The translations under genes and the position numbers were made by a program. The notes below the pieces were generated by a model that saw only the letters and a list, made by a program, of their open reading frames with translations, was not told the DNA's origin and made no database searches. From Xylographa opegraphella (lineage: Eukaryota), in the NCBI GenBank assembly GCA_022813865.1, contig JALDZX010000005.1:496001-560000 (forward strand): a stretch of DNA of 64,000 nt, written 5' to 3'. Positions 11,940 to 24,966 of the stretch are shown here, in pieces. Numbering within the stretch: the first letter of the stretch is position 1; the number at the start of each line of letters is the position of its first letter.

Positions 11940-12450
11940 TCAAGTCGGGTCATATCGATGGAAAGGCAGCCCACACGTGGAAACCTGTGGAGCTGACATG
12001 ATTCTCGAAAGGGGTTATCATTGAAGTCTTTTGTACGCTGCTACTGTGGCATATTTGTCAGGCAGCTGTCGCTCCCATACTGTCGGGAGTGCAGATGTGA
12101 ATTTTCGTGATGTTAACGGACGCTCACCGCTGCATCTTACAGCTTGCGATACTCACTGGGGCACAAGTGTCCCAGTGTGGAGATGAGAGATCCAGTTTCG
12201 AAAATAGAAACTTCTTAAAGACCTGTAATGATGCATCGCGGTGGAGAGCGTCGGGAGGGAGGACTACGAACAATCACTAATCTTCAAAGGACAACGACGG
12301 TTGGGCCCCTTTTCACGGGACCTGGAAATTGGGACGCCGGGACATCATTGATCAATTGTGGATCGCGGTAGTGGAGTGTGGATAACCATGCGAGAGAGAT
12401 TGGACTCCTCAAAGGATGTTGTCCTATGACGAGCAGAAACAGTGATGGCG
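11940..12450 (+). pseudogene. Degenerate ankyrin-repeat gene remnant
   Basis: Frame-broken ankyrin-like pieces: KSGHID, GADMILERGYH*SLLYAA, ADVNFRDVNGRSPLHLTA (from 12091), KDNDGWAPFHGTWKLGRRDIIDQL (from 12287) and DWTP. Confidence 0.65.
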
Positions 12451-12799
12451 ATCTCAGGAAAATAATCAAGGAGCAGTGAAATTGACGTGTGCAAATAGGG
12501 TTTTGCCACGACGCTATTATCTGCGACGACAGTATAGCCATATGTCAGACTCTTCTCATTCTCCCTCTACTTCTCTCCTTATCGTTTGCTGAGCCATAGA
12601 ATCAGATAACCCATTAAGTCCTATTTCATCGCAAAAACTTAATCGCATTGACACTGATTTCTACTCCTCATGTAGTCTCACGAAATGCCTGATGGTTGGT
12701 AAAGACCGTTTGTCTATGCAATAGCCTCAGCTAGTCTGCTACATACTTCGAAACCGGTATCTTGGGATTGACACGCCTCCATTCGTTCACATTCGTTGT

Positions 12800-13830
<1,031 letters not shown>

Positions 13831-13885
13831 TTACGATGACCTGATCTATTTGTTAGAAGGAAACAAAGGGCTCGGAAGAGGGAAA

Positions 13886-14037
13886 GCATGATTCCATTGC
13901 GCAGGTATTATCCTGATCAAGTTGTGTCCGTATAATCTCAGAACGAACCGCAAAGCTTCCGTCGTCCACCATCTCTCCTTGCAGCACAAGGAGTTGGATG
14001 ATGGAGAGGGAGGATGCGGACGAACACCGGCTCATGC
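13886..14037 (-). promoter_or_regulatory. TPP riboswitch aptamer in the THI4 5' UTR intron
   Basis: The minus strand reads GCATGAGCCGGTG...CTGAGATTATACGG...AACTTGATCAGGATAATACCTGCG...TCATGC. P1 is GCATGA/TCATGC, P5 is CAGG/CCTG with a GATAATAC loop, and P3 is long. Branch point CTAAC and 3' splice sites lie at 13848-13841, just upstream of the THI4 ATG. Confidence 0.93.
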
Positions 14038-14360
14038 ACATTTTACCTGTGTACCTTGATCATTGTAGACAATGCCCGGAGAAGAGGTGATCATGTTTTC
14101 CATCTTAAGGGTGATGTACTGTTTTGAATTGTTGGGAGTAGCAGGCTGTTCTCGATCAGTATGTAGTCAGACATTGAAAGGGGGATTTTAAACAGTACGA
14201 TATAGTTCGATTAGCTCCAGGTAGAGTATTGAGTGGATGGGCGATGTCGACGAAGGACGATGAAAAATACTGAACGTGGGCGGGCCTTCAGCGTCTTTAT
14301 TGACTTTGGCCACTGCGGGGCATCTTCTGCCCCACCACGCATCCAGAACGATCCGCTATC

Positions 14361-14418
14361 AGTCCAATTCCGCAGAGTCCGTGGCTAGCAGTCCAATTCC
14401 GCAGAGTCCGTGGCTAGC
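14361..14418. repeat. Perfect 29-nt tandem duplication upstream of THI4
   Basis: AGTCCAATTCCGCAGAGTCCGTGGCTAGC occurs twice in tandem. Confidence 0.95.
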
Positions 14419-14641
14419 TCTCGTTCAGGCAAGTGTGACAAGCATGTCAAGCTGCAAAAGCGATGAGTAAAGCAAGTTCGGTCTGATATTGCATGCTAGC
14501 TTCGGATTCCACAGCACGACTGTACCCAATAGGTACGGTATCCTACCTACCTTGAGGCCGATCCACAGCCAAAGTTAACAAATTCACCATACCCATATCC
14601 AAGGCCGTCCATCCTTACAAGAATCGCCCTTCCCTGTCAAC

Positions 14642-16450
14642 TCACTGCGTACATCCCCCTTGGTTCTGTAAGCACCACTCCATCTGCACCATGCTAGCCG
14701 CAAACCCGAGATCGACTAGTCTTTCCCGCATCTCCGCCAGCCGTCTGGTCACGCCCTCATTCACGCCGCCCGGTCCCTTGGGCCCACTCCAAAGCACTTC
14801 CGCTGCCGCTGCCGCTCGTGGCCATATTTTCCCATCGAGGTTTGCGGGATCCGTGAGCGCTCCCCAAATCTGGATCTCCCCGCCCAGTAACAACTTTTGA
14901 TCACTTGCAGAGATGTTGACTCGAGGGTCGTACGAGTAAATCTGCCGCCAGTTGTTCATCGGACTACACCAATCGAGATACGGAGGCATGATGGGGGTCT
15001 GAGGATTTGTAGGAGAGGGATCGATAAATCCGCCGTATCCGCAATCTAGATACCAGTGCGCGGAGTCGCCAAAGATAACTTGGTATCCCAGTGCGACGAT
15101 TTCGGCCACAGAGGATGTCTTCCATGTCTGAATAATAGTAGAGTTTGTGGGAAGCGAGAGGTTCCAGATCAGCAGTGTCTCCTCCCATACGATGGGGGTG
15201 AGGCTTTGTGCCCTCACGAGACAGTGAATGTGGTCGATGAAGGACTGGAAGTAGGGTTGGATGATATCGGAAGAATTAGATTTGACGCTAGGATCCAGAG
15301 AGTAGACATTTGCATTCAATTCGTCACCCCCTGTGTGGAAGTAATCCGAGTATGGCGAAACACGCGGGAGGAGATCACCGTAAAGAGTACTCATGAAGGT
15401 GGTCACAGCCGAGTCGTTCAGTTTAAGCTGGCCCGTGGGCGGTTCGTTGCCGTAAGAGACCCATGGCTGCTCATTGAAGGCAGCGATCAGGTCAGGATAG
15501 GCGTAGGCTATAGCAGCCGTGTGTCCTGGCGAATCAATCTCCAAAAAGACTTGAATGCCACGAGAAAGGCCGTGACTCTGCACTCGTTCCAGATCAGCCA
15601 CGCTCCAGATCGAGCTATTTCTATATGCTCCTTTTGCTGCAAGATCCGGTAATGCAGGGACCTCCAACGGCCATGACTGGGCGTCTGTAGCATGCAGATG
15701 TAGACGATTGAACTTGTTGAAGGACATGGCGTTGATGGTACGCATGACATGGTGGGGGGAGATATAGTTCCTTGAAATGTCGAGGTTCAGTCCTCGATGC
15801 TCATAAACAGGGCTATCTTGAATATAGACAGGTACGTATGGGGTGTAGATCGAGCCATCGGGAGTGGCGTAAAAAAGCTGGGAGAGGGTATTTAATGCGT
15901 AGATTGCTCCATTTGTCGAGGCAACGCTGATCCACACACTACCATTTGCAGATATTTTTAGTGAGTAGGACTCATCAATGCTGGTTGTTGAGTTCCTTGG
16001 CAAGCTAGGGGATGTCACCGCAATAGTGATATGCTGAATACATCGTCTAAAAAGTGTTGTAGCATTTGTGGCTGGCTGAGGTATTGGGTACTCGGTTCCT
16101 CTTGGAAAGAACTTCCAAGGCACGAAAGCACTATTCATAGCATTCCACATGAATCGATTGAAAGCAGCGGTTAGAACTTCATCGGGAACGATTGAAGACT
16201 GATTGACTTGAGGAGCATCTCGACGATAAATCAGCCTAGACGGTAGTTAAAGATCGTCCTATGCCTGAAGTGGTGAACCGTACTCAAGAAGTTTCGTAGT
16301 CTCCCATACGCTCTTCGATTTGTAGTCAGCATGAACAGCACAAGAAAGCCATAAGGTTTCAGAGCCGTGCTGGTAGTGGGTCGGCTGAGGCCATACCGCA
16401 GTAGTGAAGCCAAGCAGATACAGCAGCGCAACAAAAAATACACGATGCAT
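14642..16450 (-). CDS. Secreted GH20 beta-N-acetylhexosaminidase, 2 exons
   Basis: Signal peptide followed by VWPQP; intron 16283..16236. Motifs DESYSL, HRGLNLDISRN, HLHATDAQSWP, EIDSPGH, catalytic HTGGDE, WYLDCG and WPRAAAAAE. Confidence 0.93.
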
Positions 16451-17045
16451 TGTGGTGTATTGGAAGTTGTTCAGGAACCAGTGAGACAGCATGTCGCACA
16501 GGTGACTATGCCAAGCGTGAGGAAACAGAGAACTACGTAAAAGTGTAACATTAATGTGAAAGCAGCACAGATTCACTATTGCGTGCGACCAACGCGTGGC
16601 ATTGGACCTTGCTGTGTGATTTACTGTAAGTTAATTTCTTGGGAGTGAATGAAGGGCAAACTCTCTCCCAGGGATTCTCAACGAGAGATACCTTTGGCGC
16701 ATCGCAGTCTCCTGCCCTGACAAATCAAAGTTATCATGAATAGGAGCCTGGTCACCGAATGTGTATCAGCTAAACTTCGCAATCATAGAGAATACTCTAA
16801 GGCAAATCAAGGCTTTGCAAGACTGCTGTATATTATTTTTGAAGGCACTTCGAAATATCGATGTCCAAAGTAACGGCCTGGCAGAGCATCAACCTCACTC
16901 ATACTTGAATACAGTACCTCCCATGGCAGGCAAGGACCATAAGGAGGTTGCTTGCAATATAGTATGGTAATCTGGTAATACAATCATGATATTACACACA
17001 GCCTATACCGTAAATACCTACAGTGAGACGTGACCTTCTCAATCC

Positions 17046-17932
17046 TCATACGTCGATATCCATCTTCTCCACTACCACCACATCATCGTCGGAAGAAAGC
17101 TCGTGCACGGTGACATATTTGCTGATCTCTTCTCTGGTAATAACTTTCTCATTCAGAACGGCGGTCGTGCCCCGTTGAAACTTGTAGCTCCTTTGCTTCT
17201 GCTCTCGTTGATTTGGTGTGATGTAGTTTCTCATCAGAGTGGTCTTCTCTCCCGTGATGACACAGACGTCCACGTTTGATCCTGAACCCAGATCGTTGAA
17301 TATACCAGCTTGAATTGCATCTGAGGCCAGTTTGACAGCTTCCTCCCTGGTCATGTTCTGCTTCCATTGCGTTTCAAATACCGCCATCGCTGCCATAGAA
17401 CCACTTCCCATCGTGACATACGGGAGCTTATCTGTGCTGCCGTGGGCATGTACAGTGAAGAGGCCCACACCTGTCGGATCAACGCCAGCCACCACAAGGT
17501 AGGCTCCAATATGGCCCTGATAGCGGAAGAGATGTTGTTTGAGCATGGTCATGCAAGTGACGACTCTTGGTTTACGACCTGTCGATAAGGCATGTAATTC
17601 GAGATTTGAGGAAATGATGGCGGTTGTGAATTCCGTGTCCGCAGCTGTTCCTGCGCCGGCGCACCATATTTGAGGTGCGATATAATGAAGCTTCTCACAA
17701 TTCTGTAAAACAGAATTAGATTTTGTCGATTAGTTGCGGTATGAGTAACTCTACGTACCTTGTCAGCGACAATAGGCCCTGAGGTGGCTCTTGTATCTGC
17801 AGCGATGACCACACCTCCGTCGAAAATACATCCTACGATCGTGGTACCCGTACTCGTAGCTTTCGGCAGGGAAACGCCTTGAGCATGAAGAGCTGCATTA
17901 CGGTTATAGTTGGAAAAGTCGAAGCCAGGCAT
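17046..17932 (-). CDS. PUP1: 20S proteasome subunit beta 2 (trypsin-like)
   Basis: [12 protein letters not shown] propeptide, G|TTIVG active-site Thr, [18 protein letters not shown] across intron 17758..17703, and [13 protein letters not shown]. Confidence 0.97.
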
Positions 17933-18416
17933 GATGAAGGGTTGCCAGCAAGAAGAGAGGTATGCTTTTGTTGTCCTCAGATACTACTCACTTCGACAAC
18001 GCTATTACGTAGCAATATGAGGAGAAAGGGGCGGTCGGTTATTCGTTTCCAGAGATGTGATGTAGAACAGGTAGAGAGCGCTGTGCCAACGGTTGCGAGG
18101 TCTTCGATGCCTGGCCGGCGTTTAAGCTCAAGCTGCGGCGAGACACACGCGCGACATCAAGGCTTGGCAAAATATTGTCCGCGTTCTGACCGAACTACGA
18201 ACAAACATCCCTGAATGGAGGGATAAATTGCTCTCTAGCTTTCACAGCCCATTCCTTACCCTGGATCGTCTATTCAAACCTTTCAGCTCTGCTCGATTCT
18301 CCATTTCGCGCCGTCACTCTTTCGAATCACCGCAATCACCAGCAAATGATAGGAGCCACCGTCGTTTGCTAGGACGTGAAGTCCGCACCGTATCGCCAGC
18401 ATTTGAAAGAGCACGA

Positions 18417-21400
18417 ATGGCATTTAGCTTTGGTGGTACAGGAAACTCCGGTTTTGGATCGACTCTGGGAGGCTTGAGTAATGCGCAAACACAAACTGCT
18501 CTCGAACTTGAGGAAGTTCTGACCGAAGTGCGTAAATTGCTGTTGCCCTTCTAGAGTGCTAACTTACCTCGCGCACATAGGCACTTGGATTCCAGTCGAT
18601 CAACGGAGAATCAAAAGTACGACTGCTACCTACGCCATGGCCTCCGGAAGCTCTTCCTCCACCTACTGCCTCCTTATTGAGTATTGCTTCGACCAAAGGC
18701 TTGCTTGCAGCCGCCGGGCCTGATTCAGTCGTCATAGCAAGCACCGACTCGGTCAGAGCCGCTTTCGAGGCAGTCAGCTCCAATGCAAGCGACATCAAAC
18801 CTTTCAGCCCACAACTGACACTCCCTATCGGGACAAGAGTGTCTCAGGTCGCCTTCTCCTCCGACGAAAATTATTTAGTGATCTCTGCAGAGACCGGAGG
18901 AGGTCTAGCCGTTTATGATGTGCCGTCCATTATACAAGGCAATACCCGGTCTGCGTTTGAGCTTTCCACTGATGGAGTTTCTATACGAGCACTTACCCCT
19001 AATCCCGCTACCGAGAAGGCGGAACTGTTTGCTGTAATCTTGACGAACGGTCAACTCTTGATCGCTGACATGAAGAGCCGACAGTATCTCAGTGGACCTA
19101 CTGGCCAAATTCTGAAGGATGGAGTCAGCTGTGTTTCTTGGAGTAAGCTGGGAAAGCAACTAATAGCCGGTCTTGGCAATGGTGGAGGTTTCCAAATGAC
19201 TCCGAACGGTGAGAGCAAAGGGGATATTCCCAAACCACCAGGAATTGAAGGAGACCAACATGGTATGCATAAATATAGTACTCCGTTATGTTTATTTGCT
19301 AAATGATCAAAGTTTCCTCCATCTTATGGCTGGAATCCAAGCCGAACAATATCTTTCTCATGGCACATACACCTTCGGTTGCTGATCAAGGAATGGTATC
19401 TCCCACGACATTTACCCTGGTCACACGGCAAAATCCAACCTCGTACACCTTTCAGAAACTGCCAGACGTTTGTGGCCCATATGGACTTAATCGATCACCC
19501 TCATTCCAATTCATTCAACGTCTGAAAGATTTCCCACCAGCTCTTGAAGATATTCTTATAGTAGCTTCAACCTCCTCCGAGGATATTGGAGTCTTTGCGA
19601 AGAGCAAAACGCCGTTAACTAGTGAAATGCCAGCTGATAGGATAACGAATGTTTTCACAACCGTGAGTATGGCAAACGACTCCCGCAGAGCACAAGTTCC
19701 GATGACTGAGGATATGACCTCAAACACTTCTGCTATTGGGATGGCAATGGACATGTCGAGCAAATCTAAAGTAGTTCGACCGTTACCAGGAGAAGAAATG
19801 GACGAATCAATGAGTCCTGTTCCGGCGCTTATGATACTCAATAATGATGGCGTGCTCGTGGCGTGGTGGGTAATCTATGCCGACTCGATCAGACAAGGAA
19901 CGACGTACCCTGGATTGGTTGCAGCAGCTGGTGGACAACAACAGCAGAATCAGATGCCAGCATCCACAACTCCTATAGCGGCTGCTCATCCATCTGCAAC
20001 ACCGGCCTTTGGCCAAGCTACTTTCGGACAAAACACCTTTGGGACGTCTAGTCCGCTTGGTGCTTTAGGAGCTGCAAATCAGAAGCCTTTAACACCAGCC
20101 TTTGGCACTGGGGGTACATCAAGTACAGGCATGGGTGCTTTTGGTGCTTCTTCTGGCCTTGGCATGAAACAGTCACCATGGGGAACTCCGGGAACCGCCG
20201 GCGCAAACAGTGCTGCTTCAGCTTTTGGTAAGCCTGCTTTCGGCGCAGCAACACCAATGGGTACATCTACACAAGGAGCCTCATTTGGTGCCACAGGTGG
20301 CCTGGGTAACCGGAGTTCTCCGTGGGGTGCCCCTGTAACCGCGACTCCAACAGCTGCGCCGAGTCCTTTTAGCACACCTGGCGGACTAGGTTTGCAGAAT
20401 CCAGCGGCGTCAGGAAATGCCTCCTCAACTGGTATCTTCGGTGCGTCTAAGACCACTAACAGCAGTGGGACAGGAGGTGGATTCGCTTCTTTTGCCAATG
20501 GACCTGGCTTTGCCGCTGGTGCAGCAGCTAAAGGAAGTGGAGAAAGCGTGTTTGCTAAAACTACTACAGCCACCTCTTTCAGCTCAAATATGGACATTGG
20601 GTCGAGTTTCGGTGGCACACCTAGTAAGCCTGTAGAAAAGCTAGGAGGTATTTTCGGCACAGGTGAGGGCTTTGTACTAGGTACGGGCTGGAAGAATGAA
20701 AATTTTGCACAAGCAGACTTGAGCAAGCCTTCTGATGAACCATCTATGTCCCTCTTCGGAACCGAGTTTGGGAAGACGCTGGGTGATACGACAGCGCATT
20801 CCGCCCCACTGCAACTCAAGGAAGCTGACATGATTTCTGAAAAGAGCGATGACAATAATCGGGTCAGTTCGGAATCTACAATTCCCCCAACAACTATTAC
20901 ACCTACTAAAGTCGCCACTGCGCAGCCAATCGCTGAAGGCTGGCTTGGGACCCAAACTCAGAGCCAGGCCACTTCAGCTGCTGTCCAGACTAGTACTCCT
21001 GCAGGAGAACCAGCAACTTCCAACTTCTTCACCGTGCCACCCAAAGCAGGAGGGCTCTTCTCCACACAGGCGCAGAGTGACGAGACACTTGCCGCTGTTG
21101 GGAACAGCACACCTGCACCATCCATCTTCGCAAAAGCTACGCCACCTCTAGCAAGTCCAGCACCAAAATCGCCAATCATCAAAACAGAACCCACTGAATC
21201 ACCGCCAGGTGTGAGCAAGAGCCTCCCCCTGGCGGCTCTACCGCCAGAGTCAACAAGTAAGACAAGCTACACTCCAGGGAACTCCTCCACTTCTTCAGTA
21301 GCTGCTTCGAAAAATTCCGAGGACTCTCCTTCCCTGTCCGACGTAGTGAAAACGAGTGATACGAAATCTCCAAAAGCCAAGAATTCATATGATGATATGC

Positions 21401-23151
21401 CTCTACCGCCAGACTTTCTTCTACCTAAAGCCAAACCAGTGGCTCAGAAAGACCAAGTGCCTGAGGAGTCTGTTCTTCCAATAGACAATGGTGAGGATGG
21501 CGAGAATGACAGCGATTATGATGACGATGATGGCAACGATGGTGGTGACAGCGATGATGGCCATAATGGCTTCGATGGCGAAGGAAGCGGAGTTGATGTT
21601 GAGCAAGAAATAAGTCCAATATCCGATCCCAACCAGAGCCCGAAAGTCACTCCTGAAAGCTCATTCGGTGCTCAATCCGAGAAAAGCCCGCTTGGAGGGA
21701 TGTTTACCAAGATAGGGCGCCCAAAAACAAAGCCTTGCGATCCCTTGTTTGGAGAGCTTGGATCAACTTCTGTGCCATACTTCCCTATACCATCCAAGGC
21801 GCAGCAAAGCCCAAGGTCGCCGAGTCCAATACGTGCTGGGCTATCCGGGGACCTTCTTCGACCTGATGCTGTGCGATCGATCAGCGCTCACGCAATTCCT
21901 CCACGAGCTGGAATGAACCGCAAAGTGACCATGGGCCGGCCCCCACAGAGCAACGTGCCTTCAAGAACGTCTGCCCCTTCAAAGGACTCGTATAGAGAGG
22001 AACATGAAAAGGTTCTGTTGCGGCAAGCGCAAAAACAGGCAGAGGAGGAGCAAGATCTCAGTGACCGAGAAGATGAAAAAGTACGGGAAGAACTAGCCAC
22101 AGAAGTTGAACCCACAAGAACACTCGATCCGTTCATAGCCCATCAAGACTATGTTGGAAATATCAGAAAGCCAGGAATCCCAGGTCAGATTGAGAGGGTC
22201 TACAGGGACATCAATTCCATGATTGATACACTTGGTTTGAATGCTCGTTCCCTGAAGGCTTTCACTAAAGGGCACAGGGAGATGAACAAAGATGGCGGAA
22301 GAACGAGAGAGGACCTTGAATATGATGCTGACTGGGTGCTGATTGAAATTGCGGACCTTGCTACGGTTGAGAAATCGATCGGATCTGATCTTGAACAAGG
22401 ACTCCTACGTGATATTCCCGAAAAACTCAACAGTTGTCGAGACATGCAACGTGAGATCTCGAAAATGAGCAAAAAGAGTATCGAAATGAAGCGGACGATC
22501 AAAGCTCGGTCTGACCCTGACAAGATCGAAGCTTTGCGTTCCGCTCCCCTGTCAGCAGAGCAGTCTGTGATGCAGCATGACCTGAGAATAGACTTTGCAA
22601 ATTTTCAGAAACTACTCGCCGAGGCTGAAGAAGGGGTGTCTCTCCTTCGGGCAAAGCTGGCATCGCTCGATGGTAGCAAAAGACAGGGACCTAGGCAGAC
22701 AGTACCTACCGTTGAAGCCGTGGAGAGAACTATACTGAAAATGACGGGCATGATTGAGAAAAAGAGTGGAGATATTGATGTTCTGGAACTCCAGATGCGC
22801 AAGTTAAACATGACCGGCAACGTCAGCAGTAAGCAAGAATCGCCATTTGTGACACCCCCAACCTCTGCCAGAAAGAATGGCCTCTCACGGACACCGGCTT
22901 CCAAGTCAAGTCTTAATGGCAAGGCAGAATTCTTTACACCGAGAAGTAGTGTAGGAGGTACCTTCAGAGATTCGGTAGCCACCGACACCAATGGTATGAA
23001 CGACACTTCAAGGAAGGGCATGAACTATATTACAGACGAGGATGTAATAAAATACAGCAATAACGCCAAGCGACGGAAAGAGGTCAAGACTTCGTTGAAG
23101 GATGCCCTCAATAAGCGCGGCATCAGGGTTAGAAGCATGGACGACAATTGA
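18417..23151 (+). CDS. NUP159: FG-nucleoporin Nup159/Nup146/Nup214, 3 exons
   Basis: MAFSFG start; introns 18528-18580 and 19263-19312. N-terminal beta-propeller (LLPTPWP, SLLSIAS.KGLLAAAGP), then a PAFG/FG repeat region, an acidic segment and a C-terminal coiled coil (RDINSMIDTLGLNAR). Confidence 0.92.
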
Positions 23152-23583
23152 AGTTATGTTAAAGTAGATAATGTAAACAATGATACATCCACTAAAAGAT
23201 GTGCTGTAACCTTTGGTATTCTGGAATCTATTGTCTTTGCACGTCACCCGGTCTACGCACATTGCGGGAAAACCAACCGCCTTAGAGATATAGCACCAAC
23301 GTAGATCCTGTATATTCACACGTAAAGAGAGCCAAGATGTCGTAATGATCTCGAGATATTCCAGCTTATGTCAAAACACCGCTCTCGTTGAATCACGACA
23401 GCTCACAAAGTTGTTCACTGCTGTCTCTACATACCTGTTTCATGACGTTATAGACTTCATTTGTGATTGAGAGGCTCCGTATGCTGTAGCGCTGAAGACA
23501 ACAACGACCTACACAACCCATCCTTTCCATTATCCTTTTCGTTTACTTCACATTTCACCGCTTCTTGCTTTTGGATGCTCAAC

Positions 23584-24966
23584 ATGTCCACACTGTACGA
23601 CTCGTATCAGCACTTGATCACCCATCTCGTGCCTGGCCCCAATAGTATCAGTTACTTCATACCACTCCTTCTTCTCCCAATCGCGCTTCTCATCCCGCCG
23701 TCTGAGCTTTCCAACTCTCAACTCTCGCTCGTTTTTCTCCCCCCAATCCACGCCTGCTTCCTCCACTCCTGTCTTTTCGGGGGTGGCCTCGACGTCATAT
23801 CATCCGACGCCGTTATCTGGTGTACCGTCTTGATCGGCCTGCAAGATGTACGGGGAAGTTACAGCCGCATCCGCTTGGTCGATAATCCTGAGCTGCCTCT
23901 GGGAACCACCGCTCCTTCTACGCAAGAGGACAAATCTGCGGAAAAGGTGTCAAAAAAGCTTTCTACCTGGGAGGAGCCGTACCCGAGGGCCCTCTCCGCG
24001 CGTGTTCTATGGGTGCTCGACCTCTTGCCCTCTATCCGTCTCTCTGGGTGGAAGATTGGTGATCTGGCTCACGACTTGACCCAGCCCCCGACGCCGCTCA
24101 CCCGCCTCGCTTACCTTCGCCATGCCGTCCTCATCGCCAGCACGTCCTTTCTCCTCCTCGATACAGCAGCCTTCATTGCCCGGCAGGACCCGTACTTCAC
24201 CGACCGCTCCGTCTCCATCTCATCCCCTTATTCGTCTACCTACCTCACATCCGCCAGCGATTCTATGCTTTCCCATGCACTCACTCCCCTTTTCCTGCTT
24301 CCTCCATACGTCATCCGCCCCTTGATAATCGCCACGCACATCTACGCCGTGATGACCCTCGGCGGCGCCCTCGGCACCACACCGCTGCTGGTACTCCCCA
24401 CACCCTTTTCTCCCCATCTCTACCCCATGTTCTTCGGCCCATTCGCGTCCGTCATGGACCGAGGTCTGCGCGGGCTTTGGGGAACGTGGTGGCACCAGAC
24501 GATGCGTTATCAGAACTCTATGCCAGGGCGCGCTCTCGCTCAATACCTTGATCTGCGTCCTGGTGGAAGGGGCGACTACGCCTTGAGAATTATCAGCGCA
24601 TTCGGGCTGAGTGGGTGGATACATATGGGTTTGGTGCCCCCGGAGCCGTTGGGAGGAGTGGATGCGTGGCAGGTGAGAATGGCGGTGGGGGTATTCTTCT
24701 GGTTGCAGATCCTCGGGTTTGCGGTCGAAGTGGCGGTGAGAGATTTGGTGCGGTGGGTGCGGCCGAGAAAGAGAGAAAGCGAAGAGGGATTGACCAAAAT
24801 AGGGAGGAGGGTTGGAATGCTGGTATGGGTGCTAGGCTGGTTATGTGGAACGCTGCCGTTGCTAGGGTGGGCCGGTAAAGAGCTGGGATATTTCGGAGTG
24901 TATCCGCTCCCAGTAAGTTTGTGGATGAGGATTGTGGAGGGGAGGTGGTGGGCGTGGGGAGGGTGA
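23584..24966 (+). CDS. Membrane-bound O-acyltransferase, wax-synthase/MBOAT_2 (TRI7-like) family
   Basis: Multi-TM, intronless ORF with PMFFG...LRGLWGTWWHQ, AFGLSGWIH (MBOAT His) and FFWLQ..G..VE. Likely start is ATG 23584. Confidence 0.8.
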   Translation: MSTLYDSYQHLITHLVPGPNSISYFIPLLLLPIALLIPPSELSNSQLSLVFLPPIHACFLHSCLFGGGLDVISSDAVIWCTVLIGLQDVRGSYSRIRLVDNPELPLGTTAPSTQEDKSAEKVSKKLSTWEEPYPRALSARVLWVLDLLPSIRLSGWKIGDLAHDLTQPPTPLTRLAYLRHAVLIASTSFLLLDTAAFIARQDPYFTDRSVSISSPYSSTYLTSASDSMLSHALTPLFLLPPYVIRPLIIATHIYAVMTLGGALGTTPLLVLPTPFSPHLYPMFFGPFASVMDRGLRGLWGTWWHQTMRYQNSMPGRALAQYLDLRPGGRGDYALRIISAFGLSGWIHMGLVPPEPLGGVDAWQVRMAVGVFFWLQILGFAVEVAVRDLVRWVRPRKRESEEGLTKIGRRVGMLVWVLGWLCGTLPLLGWAGKELGYFGVYPLPVSLWMRIVEGRWWAWGG

